18,604 nucleotides of DNA, from NCBI GenBank assembly GCA_041739675.1, contig JBGSNL010000006.1, forward strand, positions 1 to 18,604. The letters run 5' to 3'. Shown here piece after piece: positions 7,054-16,605 of the stretch. The translations under genes were made by a program, and so were the position numbers. Source of the stretch: a bacterium (GTDB lineage: Bacteria > UBA10199 > 2-02-FULL-44-16 > DYJF01). The stretch's first letter is position 1, and every line of letters starts with the position of its first letter. Under the pieces are notes generated by a model that had not been told where the DNA came from, ran no database searches, and saw nothing but the letters and a program-made list of their open reading frames with translations.

Positions 7054-7774
7054 ATCTGGTTTCACCCTTCTTGAGGTTCTCGTCTCGGTGGCCATCATGG
7101 GGATGATCATGGTCCTCATTTGGTCGACGCAGTCGCAGAGCCTCAATTCCAAGGAGAGGATAGAGAAGCGCGACATGGTATATCAGCGTGGGCGTGTCGT
7201 TCTTCAGAAGATCGCCGACGATCTGACGATGGCCTTTCTGATGGGGAAACCGGGCGCTGCTGGCGCGGCCGCCTCGACAACGACCGGCGGCACGCCGACG
7301 GCTCCAGTGGCTGAGATAGTAACCGTTCCGAGACCCGTGACTTTTTTCATAGCGGAGGACGGCGGAAACCGCGACAGCATAAGATTCACGTCGATGTCTC
7401 ATTTTCGCTTGTACAGCGGCGCCAAGGAATCGGACCAATGCAAATTGATCTACGAAACCCAAGCCTCCACTGAAGAGCAGGGCGTCGTAAATCTCGTGCG
7501 CGGCGAGACGCCGTGGCTTGACGCGGAGACGGAGATCAAAACTACCCCTTATGTTCTGGGCGAAAATATCAGGGATTTCGATTTGGAATTCTATGACGAC
7601 CGCAAGGAGGAATGGGGAAAGGTCTGGAACACGGACGTCATAGATTATCAGGGCAGGCTGCCCCGCGCCGTCAAAATCACGGTCTCATTTCCCGACCCTG
7701 ATGACGAAGAGAAAAGCATTACAATGAAGACCATGGTCTTGCTGCCGATGTCGGCCAGCTTGATCGATTTCTAA
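7025..7774 (+). CDS. gspJ: T2SS minor pseudopilin GspJ-like
   Basis: G|FTLLEVLVSVAIM motif; VLQKIADDL helix, DLEFYD...W...W, LPRAVKITV C-terminal GspJ motif; GGAGGAG about 10 nt upstream; overlaps gspI by 29 nt. Confidence 0.86.
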   Translation: MSSRTLSNSESGFTLLEVLVSVAIMGMIMVLIWSTQSQSLNSKERIEKRDMVYQRGRVVLQKIADDLTMAFLMGKPGAAGAAASTTTGGTPTAPVAEIVTVPRPVTFFIAEDGGNRDSIRFTSMSHFRLYSGAKESDQCKLIYETQASTEEQGVVNLVRGETPWLDAETEIKTTPYVLGENIRDFDLEFYDDRKEEWGKVWNTDVIDYQGRLPRAVKITVSFPDPDDEEKSITMKTMVLLPMSASLIDF

Positions 7775-7790
7775 AAAGGTTTGCAGCATT

Positions 7791-9080
7791 ATGGCCTCAA
7801 CTCTCAAGTCCAAGAAGGGCATGGCCCTAATTCTCGTGCTCGGCGCCATTTCAATAATGACGGCGATGGCGATCGAATTCGCCTACAACACGAACGTCAA
7901 CTATCATCTCGCCCAGAACGAGCTTGACCGTTTGAGGGCGCAGTATCTTGCGCAGTCCGCGTACCGTTTCATGCAGGTGGAGCTCAAGTTCGACCGCATG
8001 TTCAGACAGGTCGTTCAGACTCAAAATCTCGGCCAGTTTCTCGGCGCAAGCGCCAATCTGCCGCTCTGCCAGCAGTTCCCGATGTCAACCGCGCTCACAC
8101 GCGCCGTCTTTTTGGGCGGAGAGGGAGCCGAAGAGCTGCCGCCGGAGTTCAAAAAAATGGTGACGATGGGAGAGGAAAGCGAGGCACAGGAGTTTTTAAA
8201 ATTCGAGGGCGATTTCGACGGCGAGTGCACCGATGAGGCCACGAAGATTAACCTCAATTATTTTTCCGGTCTGAATCCCACGCAGAAACCCCCGGAGGGG
8301 AGCCACAACGCCTATGACACCTTCAAGATCAGCCTCATGAACATGCTGGGCGTGGAGGCTTACAAAGAGGCCTTTGAGGAGGTCGATGTTAAGGTGCAAG
8401 ACGCCGTGCGGAACATAGGCGACTGGGTCGATACGAATGAAATGATAAACGAGCTGGACGGTGTCGAGTCGGGCCCGGAGATGAGCCTCTACGACCGGTT
8501 GGGAAAAGGCTACCCCGTGAAGAACGGAAAATTCACCACACTTGACGAAGCGTATCTGGTCGATGGAGTCGTGGACGGATGGTTCGCCCCTCTGCAGAAG
8601 GATTTTACGGTCTACGGCGACGGGGGGCTGGTGAACGTCTGCACTGCGGACGATGCCGTGCTTCAGTCGATCATCAGACGTTACATTGAATCTACGCCGA
8701 CTCTTCCTCCGGTCAAGATCGGCGAGCCGGAAACAATGGGAAAGCTTGTCGATGCGGTCCATGAAGGTTGTGCGATGGGGGGCATGGGAGATCAGTTGAA
8801 GCAGCAGATTTCCCAAACACTTAATACGGCCATAGGGGCCGCTGCAGGGCCCGCGCCCGCGACTCCTCCGGCCGGCACGACGACGGGAGGAACGACAACC
8901 GGAGGGACAGCGGGTGGAACTGCGAGCGGATTTGCGGCCTACATCACGACTGAGCCGCGATACTTCAGCCTCATTCTCACGGGTGCCGTGGGGGACACTA
9001 CGGTTCGCATCAAATCCGTGCTCGATGTTAAGGAAGCGGATCCGAAAAAGTGGAAGCTCTTATACTGGAGAATATACTGA
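7791..9080 (+). CDS. gspK: T2SS minor pseudopilin GspK
   Basis: KSKKG|MALILVL (no E+5, as expected for GspK); RAQYLAQS, DEATKINLN, IGDWVD, VKNGKFTTLDE, FTVYG...VNVCTA. Confidence 0.92.
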   Translation: MASTLKSKKGMALILVLGAISIMTAMAIEFAYNTNVNYHLAQNELDRLRAQYLAQSAYRFMQVELKFDRMFRQVVQTQNLGQFLGASANLPLCQQFPMSTALTRAVFLGGEGAEELPPEFKKMVTMGEESEAQEFLKFEGDFDGECTDEATKINLNYFSGLNPTQKPPEGSHNAYDTFKISLMNMLGVEAYKEAFEEVDVKVQDAVRNIGDWVDTNEMINELDGVESGPEMSLYDRLGKGYPVKNGKFTTLDEAYLVDGVVDGWFAPLQKDFTVYGDGGLVNVCTADDAVLQSIIRRYIESTPTLPPVKIGEPETMGKLVDAVHEGCAMGGMGDQLKQQISQTLNTAIGAAAGPAPATPPAGTTTGGTTTGGTAGGTASGFAAYITTEPRYFSLILTGAVGDTTVRIKSVLDVKEADPKKWKLLYWRIY

Positions 9081-9081
9081 A

Positions 9082-9117
9082 CTTGCTTTTCTCGCTTTTC
9101 TTGCTAATCTTGAAAGA
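9082..9117. repeat. Degenerate 9-bp tandem repeat in the gspK-gspL spacer
   Basis: CTTGCTTTT CTCGCTTTT CTTGCTAAT CTTGAAAGA (9082-9090, 9091-9099, 9100-9108, 9109-9117). Confidence 0.6.
9083..9110 (+). promoter_or_regulatory. Candidate internal sigma70-type promoter for gspLMN
   Basis: TTGCTT (9083-9088), 16 nt, TAATCT (9105-9110) preceded by TGn (extended -10). Consensus match only. Confidence 0.35.
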
Positions 9118-9122
9118 AATTT

Positions 9123-10751
9123 ATGCCCCAGACAATTTTAGGGATAGACATAGGCAGTTACTCGGTGAAGGTGGCGGAGCTCTCGAGGAGCTTCAAATCG
9201 TTTGAATTCGTCGCTTTTTACGAACGCCGCGTCACCGAGAGCGAACTGTTATCCCGTGAAGAGTCGGCTGCCCTGGCACTTCAGGGCTTGATCGACGACC
9301 ATAATCTCCATTGGGACGCGGTCTGCTGCGGTTTTCCGGGTCAACTTGTCTCGTCACGCCTTCTGACCTTCCCTTTCGGGTCCAGAAAAAAGATCGATCA
9401 GACGATCGAATTTGAAATTGAAAATTACATTCCGTTTCACCTCGATGAAGTCGTAGTGGACTACGCCGTCTTGTGGACCGGCAAAGAGGCGTCAAGGGTC
9501 ATGGCCCTCTACACGCCGAAGGGAGAAGTCGCGAAGAGACTTGCGATGCTCCAGGGTCTTTCCATCGATCCAAGACATCTTTCAGTCGAGGGTGTGGAGT
9601 TCGCGAATCTGGTCAATCTGGGGATGGTGCCGCCTGAAGGCGCCTTCGCGATCATCGATATAGGTCATGAGAAGTCCACGATTTCAATCTTTCAGGGAAA
9701 GAGATTGGGTTACGTGCGCGCCGTTTCGGTGGCGGGCAAAGCTATCACAGAAGCCATCGCCAAAAGGCTGGGTGTCGGGCCGGACGAGGCGGAGCGGTTG
9801 AAGATCGAGATGGGCCAGATACCGCAGTCGACAAGCGAAGTGGTGGACGACCTGTCGAGCGACGTGATGACTGCGGTCAAGAGCGTCATAGATGACTTGC
9901 TTCTTCACGTACGGCAGACGATATTTTCCTACAACGATCTGGAAAATGTGCCGGTGGAGGGTATTTATCTGTGCGGCGGAACGTCGCGCCTTCCGGGCAT
10001 CGACAGCTATTTTTCCGATTTTCTGAAAATAAACGTCGCGTACCTCAACTGCACGGAATTTCACTTCAGCAGACTCGAACACGCGGAGGCCCACAGACAC
10101 GTCATACCGCAGGCTCTTTCGCTGGCCCTCAAGGAGGTGGCGGGGCCGGGGCTGCCGGACGTCAATTTCAGGAGGGATGAATTCGCGTACCGCGGAGATG
10201 TCGAACAGCTGGGAGGGGGCCTAAGACACACGGCGATCATTGCCGGCTTCATAATATTTTTGGCCCTACTCAACTTCTCCATAAAATATTACACGCTCAA
10301 GCAGAAGGTTGAAAAGATTCAGGACAACGCTTCGCAGCTTGTTCTGCAGGCGCTCCCCGGCACGCCGAAACGCGCGCTGTCGACGACCACGGGTTCGCTC
10401 TCGGTCCTAAAGGGGAAGAAGGCCGAGGTGGCGGATCGCATCGCAAAGCTCAGGGCGGCTACTGGATTTTCGCCTTTGGATGTCCTCAAAGAGATCTCGC
10501 AGGTGATGCCGGCCAGGGAAGAAGTTGCCGTAGACGTGGAGGACATAAGCGTGACACAGGACCGCGTGACCCTTTCAGGGCGCACCGGCTCGTTTGAAAC
10601 GGTGGACAAAGTGAAGATGGCCATGGAGAAGTCGGAGCACTTCAAAAATGTAACGACGGGCAACGTGCGAAAAGGGACGAAGGGCGAGATAAAGTTCGAC
10701 TTGTCCCTGGAGATAAAGCAGCCGGGAGATACCGGTGCTGCAAAGGAGTAA
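9123..10751 (+). CDS. gspL: GspL of PilM-PilN fusion type (actin-like cytoplasmic domain, TM helix, periplasmic PilN-like domain)
   Basis: ILGIDIGSYSVKV, IIDIGHEKS, EAERLK, IYLCGGTSRLPG (PilM/FtsA-like); VNFRRDEF linker; TM IIAGFIIFLALLNF; VTLSGRTGSFETVDKV...F PilN-like C-terminus; between gspK and gspM. Confidence 0.88.
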   Translation: MPQTILGIDIGSYSVKVAELSRSFKSFEFVAFYERRVTESELLSREESAALALQGLIDDHNLHWDAVCCGFPGQLVSSRLLTFPFGSRKKIDQTIEFEIENYIPFHLDEVVVDYAVLWTGKEASRVMALYTPKGEVAKRLAMLQGLSIDPRHLSVEGVEFANLVNLGMVPPEGAFAIIDIGHEKSTISIFQGKRLGYVRAVSVAGKAITEAIAKRLGVGPDEAERLKIEMGQIPQSTSEVVDDLSSDVMTAVKSVIDDLLLHVRQTIFSYNDLENVPVEGIYLCGGTSRLPGIDSYFSDFLKINVAYLNCTEFHFSRLEHAEAHRHVIPQALSLALKEVAGPGLPDVNFRRDEFAYRGDVEQLGGGLRHTAIIAGFIIFLALLNFSIKYYTLKQKVEKIQDNASQLVLQALPGTPKRALSTTTGSLSVLKGKKAEVADRIAKLRAATGFSPLDVLKEISQVMPAREEVAVDVEDISVTQDRVTLSGRTGSFETVDKVKMAMEKSEHFKNVTTGNVRKGTKGEIKFDLSLEIKQPGDTGAAKE

Positions 10752-10754
10752 GAG

Positions 10755-11360
10755 ATGGCGCTCAAGGCCGGATCGCTCAGCCTCGACAGGTTGAAGATTC
10801 AGAACCTGTACAACGCGTATCTGGGAATGCAGCCGCGAGAGCAGACGGTGGCTCTCATCGCCGCCGGGATCATTCTCGTGCTCGTCGTCGTTTTGCCGGT
10901 CATGGTCGCGTCGGGCAGGATAAACAAGCTTCAGAGATCGATAGAGGACGGCAACACCCAGCTCAAGAACATAACGCGCGAGATCGATGACTTGAACGAG
11001 TCGAGGGCGCAGTTGAAGCAGGTCGAAGGCACGCTTGCGGGCGGTTTCGACGCCTCCATCTCCACCACTCTTGAAACGCTTGCCGGAAAGGCGGGGATCA
11101 AGGACCGGATAGATTCGCTCAAGGAAAAACCCGCGGCGCCGTCTGATCTCTTCGATGAGGCCTCGGTCGACGTGAGGCTGAAAAAAGTCACCCTTGCCGA
11201 GCTCCTGGACTACCTCTATTCTATAGAGCAAAATCCCGAGAGACTTTTGAGGCTCAAAAGGCTTGAGATAAAGCCGCGCTACGACAACAAGAAGGAGTTT
11301 GACGTCTCCTTCCAGGTATCGACCTATCGCCTGCTGGAAGCCGGGGCGGCGGGGGAATAA
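10755..11360 (+). CDS. gspM: T2SS protein GspM
   Basis: MQPREQTV followed by one TM helix, a coiled coil and VDVRLKKVTLAELLDYLYSIE; position after gspL. Confidence 0.85.
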   Translation: MALKAGSLSLDRLKIQNLYNAYLGMQPREQTVALIAAGIILVLVVVLPVMVASGRINKLQRSIEDGNTQLKNITREIDDLNESRAQLKQVEGTLAGGFDASISTTLETLAGKAGIKDRIDSLKEKPAAPSDLFDEASVDVRLKKVTLAELLDYLYSIEQNPERLLRLKRLEIKPRYDNKKEFDVSFQVSTYRLLEAGAAGE

Positions 11361-12271
11361 TGCCCAAAATTTTAAAGTACATCATTTACCTTTTTGTTTT
11401 CGCGTTCAGCTTCGTCCTCTTTCTTTACTGGATGTTTCCCTATGACATTCTGAAGGACAGGGTTGCCTCTGCGATAGAGGCGCCGCTTGGCGGATCGGTC
11501 GAGGTCTCCATAGGTGGAATCGAACCGTATTATTTTACGGGAGTTGAAATCTCGAACCTCAAACTCGTCAGCCGTGTGAACGGTGAGGCGCGGCCGGTCG
11601 CGGATTTTGGCAAGGTAAGGGCGCGGGCCTCCCTTTTTTCACTTCTCTTCGGAAGCCCGAACATAAGCTTTCTCGTCCGCTCCGGGAAGGGGGAGATTTC
11701 AGGGAGCGGAAGGCAGACCGATGAGGGTCTGGACATCAGTCTTGATTTCGATGATTTCGACATTCAGTCGTTGAAGGCGCTTGAATCCAGGTACGGTGTA
11801 AAACTTTCCGGCAAGGTTCAGGGAAGCGTCGAGCTCAAAATCGACAAGGTGAGGCCTGTCAGAACCGGCGGCAAAGTGGACCTGTCGTTTGATGATTTCA
11901 AACTCGCGCAGTCGCAGCTCAACATCGGCGGGGCGGGGATTCCGCTCCCGGAGACCGCTATCACGAAGGGGAGGGATTCGAGGCTGAAGCTCACGATCGA
12001 CAAGGGCGCCGTGAGTGTCGATGAATTTCGTCTTGCCGGCGGCGATTTAGGTCTGGATCTCAAGGGCAAGGTTTTTCTGTCCACCGTTTTGTCGAACTAC
12101 AGGCTCAATCTCACCGGCTCGTTTGCAATTTCCGATAAGCTGGGACAGGCCATCCCGTTCCTGTTCATGGCCGAAAAGCAAAAGCAGGCTGACGGCTCCT
12201 ATCCCCTGACAATTACGGGCCGGCTCTCCGAGCCAGCAATCAAGGTCGGCACGTTCACGCTTCCGCTTTAG
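11360..12271 (+). CDS. gspN: T2SS protein GspN (Geobacter/Leptospira-like type)
   Basis: N-terminal TM ending in FPY, beta-rich body, C-terminal LTITGRLSEP; TAATG overlap with gspM; last gene of the operon. Confidence 0.8.
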   Translation: MPKILKYIIYLFVFAFSFVLFLYWMFPYDILKDRVASAIEAPLGGSVEVSIGGIEPYYFTGVEISNLKLVSRVNGEARPVADFGKVRARASLFSLLFGSPNISFLVRSGKGEISGSGRQTDEGLDISLDFDDFDIQSLKALESRYGVKLSGKVQGSVELKIDKVRPVRTGGKVDLSFDDFKLAQSQLNIGGAGIPLPETAITKGRDSRLKLTIDKGAVSVDEFRLAGGDLGLDLKGKVFLSTVLSNYRLNLTGSFAISDKLGQAIPFLFMAEKQKQADGSYPLTITGRLSEPAIKVGTFTLPL

Positions 12272-12577
12272 TTATTTTTCCTCTTTTTCCTGATAGACAA
12301 TCTCGCCGGGGCGGATAAAGCCCAACTCCTTGCGGATGACGGGCTCAAGATTCTTGGAGTCCTGCAAAAGGGTTTTTTCACGCGTCAGTTTTTCAATGTC
12401 CGTTTTCAAGGTCTCTCTCTGGAGCGCCAGCCTTTTTTTCATCATTGAGAGTTTGTTGAGGTGGTAGATCCCCTGGTCGCCGAAGATGAGAAACCAGAGG
12501 AAGGCCGCTGCCCCCAGGACGATTCCGACACGCAGCGGCGTGAAGATGGAAAATATTGATCTTAAAAGATGTTTCAC
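12272..12577 (-). CDS. ftsB: Septum formation initiator family protein (FtsB/DivIC)
   Basis: GTG at 12577 overlaps the ruvB stop (GTGA). TM helix ending FGDQG, coiled coil, then [19 protein letters not shown], the FtsB/DivIC C-terminal signature; 101 aa. Confidence 0.82.
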   Translation of the reverse strand: MKHLLRSIFSIFTPLRVGIVLGAAAFLWFLIFGDQGIYHLNKLSMMKKRLALQRETLKTDIEKLTREKTLLQDSKNLEPVIRKELGFIRPGEIVYQEKEEK

Positions 12578-13599
12578 TTGAAAAGTTTCGTTTGCGCGTT
12601 GGCCGAAGGTGCGATGCCGAAGTGCGTATATGCCGTGGGCGTTGCAACGCGGCCGCGCGGTGTGCGGTTCAAAAATCCGCACTGAATCAGGTAGGGCTCG
12701 TACACGTCTTCGATCGTCTCACGCTCTTCATTTATGGCGGAGGAGAGTGTATCTACACCCACCGGTCCGCCGCCGAATTTCTCTATGATCGTCAAAAGGA
12801 TTCTCCTGTCCATCTGATCGAATCCCCGTTCGTCCACCTCCAGGAGTTTCAGCGCCTCGTCGGCTACGTTCCTGTTGATTTTGCCGTCGGCTCTCACCTC
12901 CGCAAAATCGCGCACGCGCCTTAAAATTCTGTTGGCGATCCTGGGCGTGCCGCGCGAGCGCTTTGAAATTTCCACGGAGCCGTCCTTGTCGATCGGTATG
13001 CGTAAAAGCTTTGCGGATCGTTCTATGATCGTCTCCAGATCGTCTTTCGAATAATAATCGAGGTGGGCCGAGACGCCGAAGCGGTCCCTGAGCGGAGACG
13101 TCAAAAGTCCGGTGCGCGTGGTGGCGCCAATGAGCGTGAATTTTGGAAGATCGAGCTTGATCGTTTTTGCCGACGGCCCCTGTCCCACGACGATATCGAG
13201 CTTGAAATCCTCCATCGCCGGATAGAGCACCTCTTCAACGATGCGGTTCAGGCGGTGGATCTCATCGATGAAGAGAACGTCACGCTCGGCAAGATTCGTG
13301 AGTATGGCCGCAAGATCGCCGGCGCGCTCGATGGCCGGCCCGGAAGTAGAAGTGACACTGACGCCCAGCTCGTTTGCTATGATGTATGAGAGTGTGGTTT
13401 TGCCAAGACCCGGCGGGCCGGAAAACAAGACGTGATCCAGATGCTCTTTTCGCCTCTTGGCGGCCTCGATAAAGATAGCGAGGCGATTCTTTACGGCGGA
13501 CTGACCTACAAATTCGGCGAGCGATCGGGGGCGGAGCGACGCGTCGAACTGGCGTTCCTCTTCTCCCGCCGGAAACGGTGTGAGGCAGGTCTCGCTCAT
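12574..13599 (-). CDS. ruvB: Holliday junction branch migration helicase RuvB
   Basis: [63 protein letters not shown]. Start ATG 13599 overlaps the ruvA stop (ATGA), GGAG upstream. Confidence 0.98.
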   Translation of the reverse strand: MSETCLTPFPAGEEERQFDASLRPRSLAEFVGQSAVKNRLAIFIEAAKRRKEHLDHVLFSGPPGLGKTTLSYIIANELGVSVTSTSGPAIERAGDLAAILTNLAERDVLFIDEIHRLNRIVEEVLYPAMEDFKLDIVVGQGPSAKTIKLDLPKFTLIGATTRTGLLTSPLRDRFGVSAHLDYYSKDDLETIIERSAKLLRIPIDKDGSVEISKRSRGTPRIANRILRRVRDFAEVRADGKINRNVADEALKLLEVDERGFDQMDRRILLTIIEKFGGGPVGVDTLSSAINEERETIEDVYEPYLIQCGFLNRTPRGRVATPTAYTHFGIAPSANAQTKLFK

Positions 13600-14192
13600 G
13601 GTTTTGCAATCTCCCTGAGTGTGCAACGGATCGCGGCCTCGATTGTCAGGGTCTCGTCCCACGATACTCTCTTCATCGCCTTTTCCGCGGCCGGTCGCTG
13701 ATAACCCAGATTCATAAGCGCGGAGAGAACATCCTCATAGATCCTTCTCGTGGCCGATGCCGGGGCCGAAGAGATATCCGAAGGATATTCTTTGGCCAGT
13801 TTGTCTTTGAGCTCTATGATTATGCGCTCCGCCGTTTTTTTGCCGACGCCCGGAACCGACTGGAGCTTTGCGGCATCTTCGCGGCCTATCGCCTGGGCCA
13901 GCTCAGAGGCTGGGATGCCTGAAAGTATCGTGAGCGCTATTTTAGGGCCCACCCCTGAAATTGATATCAGCTTCTGAAATATGTTTTTTTCCTCGAGCGA
14001 GGTGAAACCGAAGAGCGCTATCTGATCCTCACGCATGTGCGTATGCGTGTGGATCGTTACCGTGGAGCCCACCTCCGGAAGATGCGAGAATGAATTGAGC
14101 GACGCCATGACGCGGTAACCGACACCGCCGACGTCGATTATCAGATATTGCGGCGATTTGTGTAAAAGAGTTCCTGAAAGTTGTGCGATCAT
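13596..14192 (-). CDS. ruvA: Holliday junction DNA-binding protein RuvA
   Basis: MIAQLSG, DVGGVGY, HMRED...[40 protein letters not shown]. Confidence 0.98.
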   Translation of the reverse strand: MIAQLSGTLLHKSPQYLIIDVGGVGYRVMASLNSFSHLPEVGSTVTIHTHTHMREDQIALFGFTSLEEKNIFQKLISISGVGPKIALTILSGIPASELAQAIGREDAAKLQSVPGVGKKTAERIIIELKDKLAKEYPSDISSAPASATRRIYEDVLSALMNLGYQRPAAEKAMKRVSWDETLTIEAAIRCTLREIAKP

Positions 14193-14695
14193 TTTGTATT
14201 CGTTTTATTGTTGTCGATCAGTTGTTTCAACCTTGAAGTGTTCAAATGGCAAATCGCCACTGCCAGCGCGTCCGATGCGTCTTCGGCGGCCACATCGGGC
14301 AGTTTCAAAATCGCCTGTACCATCTTTTGCACCTGAAGCTTGGTGGCATGGCCGAAGCCGGTGACCGCCTGCTTGACCGAACCAGGCGCGTACTCAACCA
14401 CGTCAAGTCCCTTGGAAACCGCTGCGAGCATTGCAATTCCGCGCACATGGCCCAGTTTCATTGCGGCGCGCGCATCCTTGTAAAAGAACGCATCCTCAAG
14501 GGCGACTACGTCAGGTTTGAAAATGTCGATCAATTTGCCTATTTCAGCGAAGATGTTTTCAAGACGCATCGAAAACGAGCAGCCGCTCTTCGGCCTGACA
14601 ACGCCGTTGTCCACGTGAACAAGTCTGGTGCCGTCTTTTTCGACGACACCGTAGCCTGTCGTCAGACTTCCGGGATCAATGCCGAAAACCCGCAT
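14189..14695 (-). CDS. ruvC: Crossover junction endodeoxyribonuclease RuvC
   Basis: GIDPGS, VALED, LGHVRG, EYAPGSVKQAVTGFG, DASDALAVAICH; catalytic acidic residues present. Confidence 0.98.
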   Translation of the reverse strand: MRVFGIDPGSLTTGYGVVEKDGTRLVHVDNGVVRPKSGCSFSMRLENIFAEIGKLIDIFKPDVVALEDAFFYKDARAAMKLGHVRGIAMLAAVSKGLDVVEYAPGSVKQAVTGFGHATKLQVQKMVQAILKLPDVAAEDASDALAVAICHLNTSRLKQLIDNNKTNTK

Positions 14696-14714
14696 ATGTA
14701 AAGTAAAGTAAGGT

Positions 14715-15464
14715 TTACGCGGCCAATTCTTCGATCAGCTTCGATTCGATATCGAAATTGGCGTAGACGTTTTGGACGTCCTCGTGGTCTTCCAATGCGT
14801 CCATCAGCTTCAACATCTTTTCCGCGTCGTTTCGCTGCAGCTTCACCGTGCTCTGCGGCACCATCTCGATCGAAGCCTCAACCGGTTTCAAGCCGCTTTT
14901 TTCACAAGCCGCTTTGACGGCTTCATAATGGTTGGGGGCAGTGAGGACGGATAAGAGATCCTCTTCGTCACGGATATCGTCTGCGCCGGCATCGAGCGCG
15001 ACCGACATGAGCTGCTCTTCGACGCCGGGCGCTTTCGCGAAGGTGAGCACACCGCGTTTTGAGAACATCCACGCAACGCATCCGGCCTCGCCCAAGTTCC
15101 CGCCCATCTTTGTCAGGAGGTGGCGGAGCTCGGCGACGGTCCTGTTTCTGTTGTCGGTTAAAGTTTCGACGAGCATTGCTACCCCGCCCGGCCCGTACCC
15201 TTCAAAGGTGACCTCATCGTAAGAGAAACCCTCGAGATCTCCGGTGCCTTTCTTGATTGCGCGGGTGATGTTGTCATTGGGCATATTGGCTGCGCGCGCC
15301 TTGTCAAGGACGGTCCGAAGGCGGGCATTGCCATTGGGATCACCGCCCCCGATGCGTGCGGCAACCGTGATTTCTTTAATGAGCTTAGAGAATATTTTAC
15401 CCCTCTTCGCATCGGCGGCTCCTTTCTTATGCTTGATTGTTGCCCATTTTGAATGACCAGACAT
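14715..15464 (-). CDS. yebC: YebC/PmpR family protein
   Basis: [14 protein letters not shown] start with GGAGGT SD (15471-15476); [27 protein letters not shown]; classic position upstream of ruvC. Confidence 0.97.
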   Translation of the reverse strand: MSGHSKWATIKHKKGAADAKRGKIFSKLIKEITVAARIGGGDPNGNARLRTVLDKARAANMPNDNITRAIKKGTGDLEGFSYDEVTFEGYGPGGVAMLVETLTDNRNRTVAELRHLLTKMGGNLGEAGCVAWMFSKRGVLTFAKAPGVEEQLMSVALDAGADDIRDEEDLLSVLTAPNHYEAVKAACEKSGLKPVEASIEMVPQSTVKLQRNDAEKMLKLMDALEDHEDVQNVYANFDIESKLIEELAA

Positions 15465-15493
15465 ACATTTACCTCCCTTGGAAAGTGGCGGGG

Positions 15494-15523
15494 AGCCTAG
15501 CACAGGTCTACAAATAAACTCAA
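15494..15523 (-). promoter_or_regulatory. Candidate sigma70-type promoter for yebC-ruvCAB-ftsB
   Basis: On the - strand TTGAGT (15523-15518), 18 nt, TAGGCT (15499-15494) preceded by TGn; within the 65-bp pilT-yebC spacer. Confidence 0.45.
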
Positions 15524-15529
15524 GAATAT

Positions 15530-16591
15530 TCAGGCCTTCAAAAGGGCCTTGAATTCGTCGGGATCGACGCACCTTCTGATCGCTTCCTCACGGTCCACAC
15601 TGCCCCGTTTCACAAGGGATGCCAGAGACTGGTCCATGGTGACCATGCGTGTCGTCTGTTGGCCCATCTGTATCTCCGCGAAAATCTGGTGTGTTTTGGC
15701 CTCTCTTATGAGGTTTCTGATGCCTGACGTCGGAAACATCATTTCCATGGCCAGGGCCCTTCCGCCGCCGATCCTAGGCAGAAGCTGCTGGGACAAGATT
15801 CCCTCCAGGATGAATGAGAGTTGCGTGCGGATCTGGGCCTGCTGGTGGGGCGGGAAGACGTCGATGATCCTGTCGATTGTCTGTGTTGAGGTATTCGTGT
15901 GAAGGGTGGCCAGAACGAGGTGGCCCGTTTCGGCGACGGTTATGGCGCTTTGAATTGTTTCAAGGTCGCGCATTTCGCCGACCATCACGACGTCGGGATC
16001 CTGCCTCAGTATGTATTTGAGCGCATGTTGGAAAGTCAGCGTGTCGCTTCCTACTTCGCGCTGATTGACGACGCACCCTTTTTGCTGAAAGACATATTCT
16101 ATTGGGTCTTCGACCGTGATGATGTGGTCGTTCCGGGTTCGATTGATGCGCTCGATCATCGCCGCCAGCGTCGTCGATTTTCCGCAACCGGTGGGGCCAG
16201 TGACAAGTATCAGCCCGCGCGGTTTTTCGGTGAGTTTCATGACCTCTTCGGGGATGCCAAGTTCCTTTGGGTCTGGGATCACAATCGGAATGGCCCTGAA
16301 CGCGCCCGCGACACTTCCCATCGACCAGAAGATGTTCGTGCGTACGCGCGAAATTCCTTCAAAGTCGAATGACAGGTCGATTTCCCTGTCGGATTCAAAG
16401 CGCATCACCTGTTCCTGGTTCAGGCACTCAAAACATATCTCCTGAGTTTCGTCGTGGCCCAGTTTTTCCTTCGAAACGGGAATCAAAGTTCCGTCGATGC
16501 GGATCTGGGGCGGCGAGCCCACGTTGATATGGAGGTCGGAGGCCCTCTTTTTTATCATTGTGTCGATCAGGTTTTTGAGCGTTGGTGCCAT
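15530..16591 (-). CDS. pilT: Type IV pilus retraction ATPase PilT
   Basis: [82 protein letters not shown] (AIRNLIRE motif). Start ATG 16591 with AGGAG at 16603-16599. Confidence 0.95.
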   Translation of the reverse strand: MAPTLKNLIDTMIKKRASDLHINVGSPPQIRIDGTLIPVSKEKLGHDETQEICFECLNQEQVMRFESDREIDLSFDFEGISRVRTNIFWSMGSVAGAFRAIPIVIPDPKELGIPEEVMKLTEKPRGLILVTGPTGCGKSTTLAAMIERINRTRNDHIITVEDPIEYVFQQKGCVVNQREVGSDTLTFQHALKYILRQDPDVVMVGEMRDLETIQSAITVAETGHLVLATLHTNTSTQTIDRIIDVFPPHQQAQIRTQLSFILEGILSQQLLPRIGGGRALAMEMMFPTSGIRNLIREAKTHQIFAEIQMGQQTTRMVTMDQSLASLVKRGSVDREEAIRRCVDPDEFKALLKA

Positions 16592-16605
16592 GTCATATCT
16601 CCTTA

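Noticed and set aside
12578..12682. ORF-track N-terminal extensions of ftsB (also ruvB to 13662, yebC to 15572, pilT to 16615, ATPase from 16660, gspH from 5634)
   Set aside because: Downstream starts with SD sequences or start-stop overlaps match family N-termini better.
15529..15553. Imperfect hairpin at the 3' end of pilT as a terminator
   Set aside because: Lies inside the coding sequence, is short and bulged, and has no clear U-tract.
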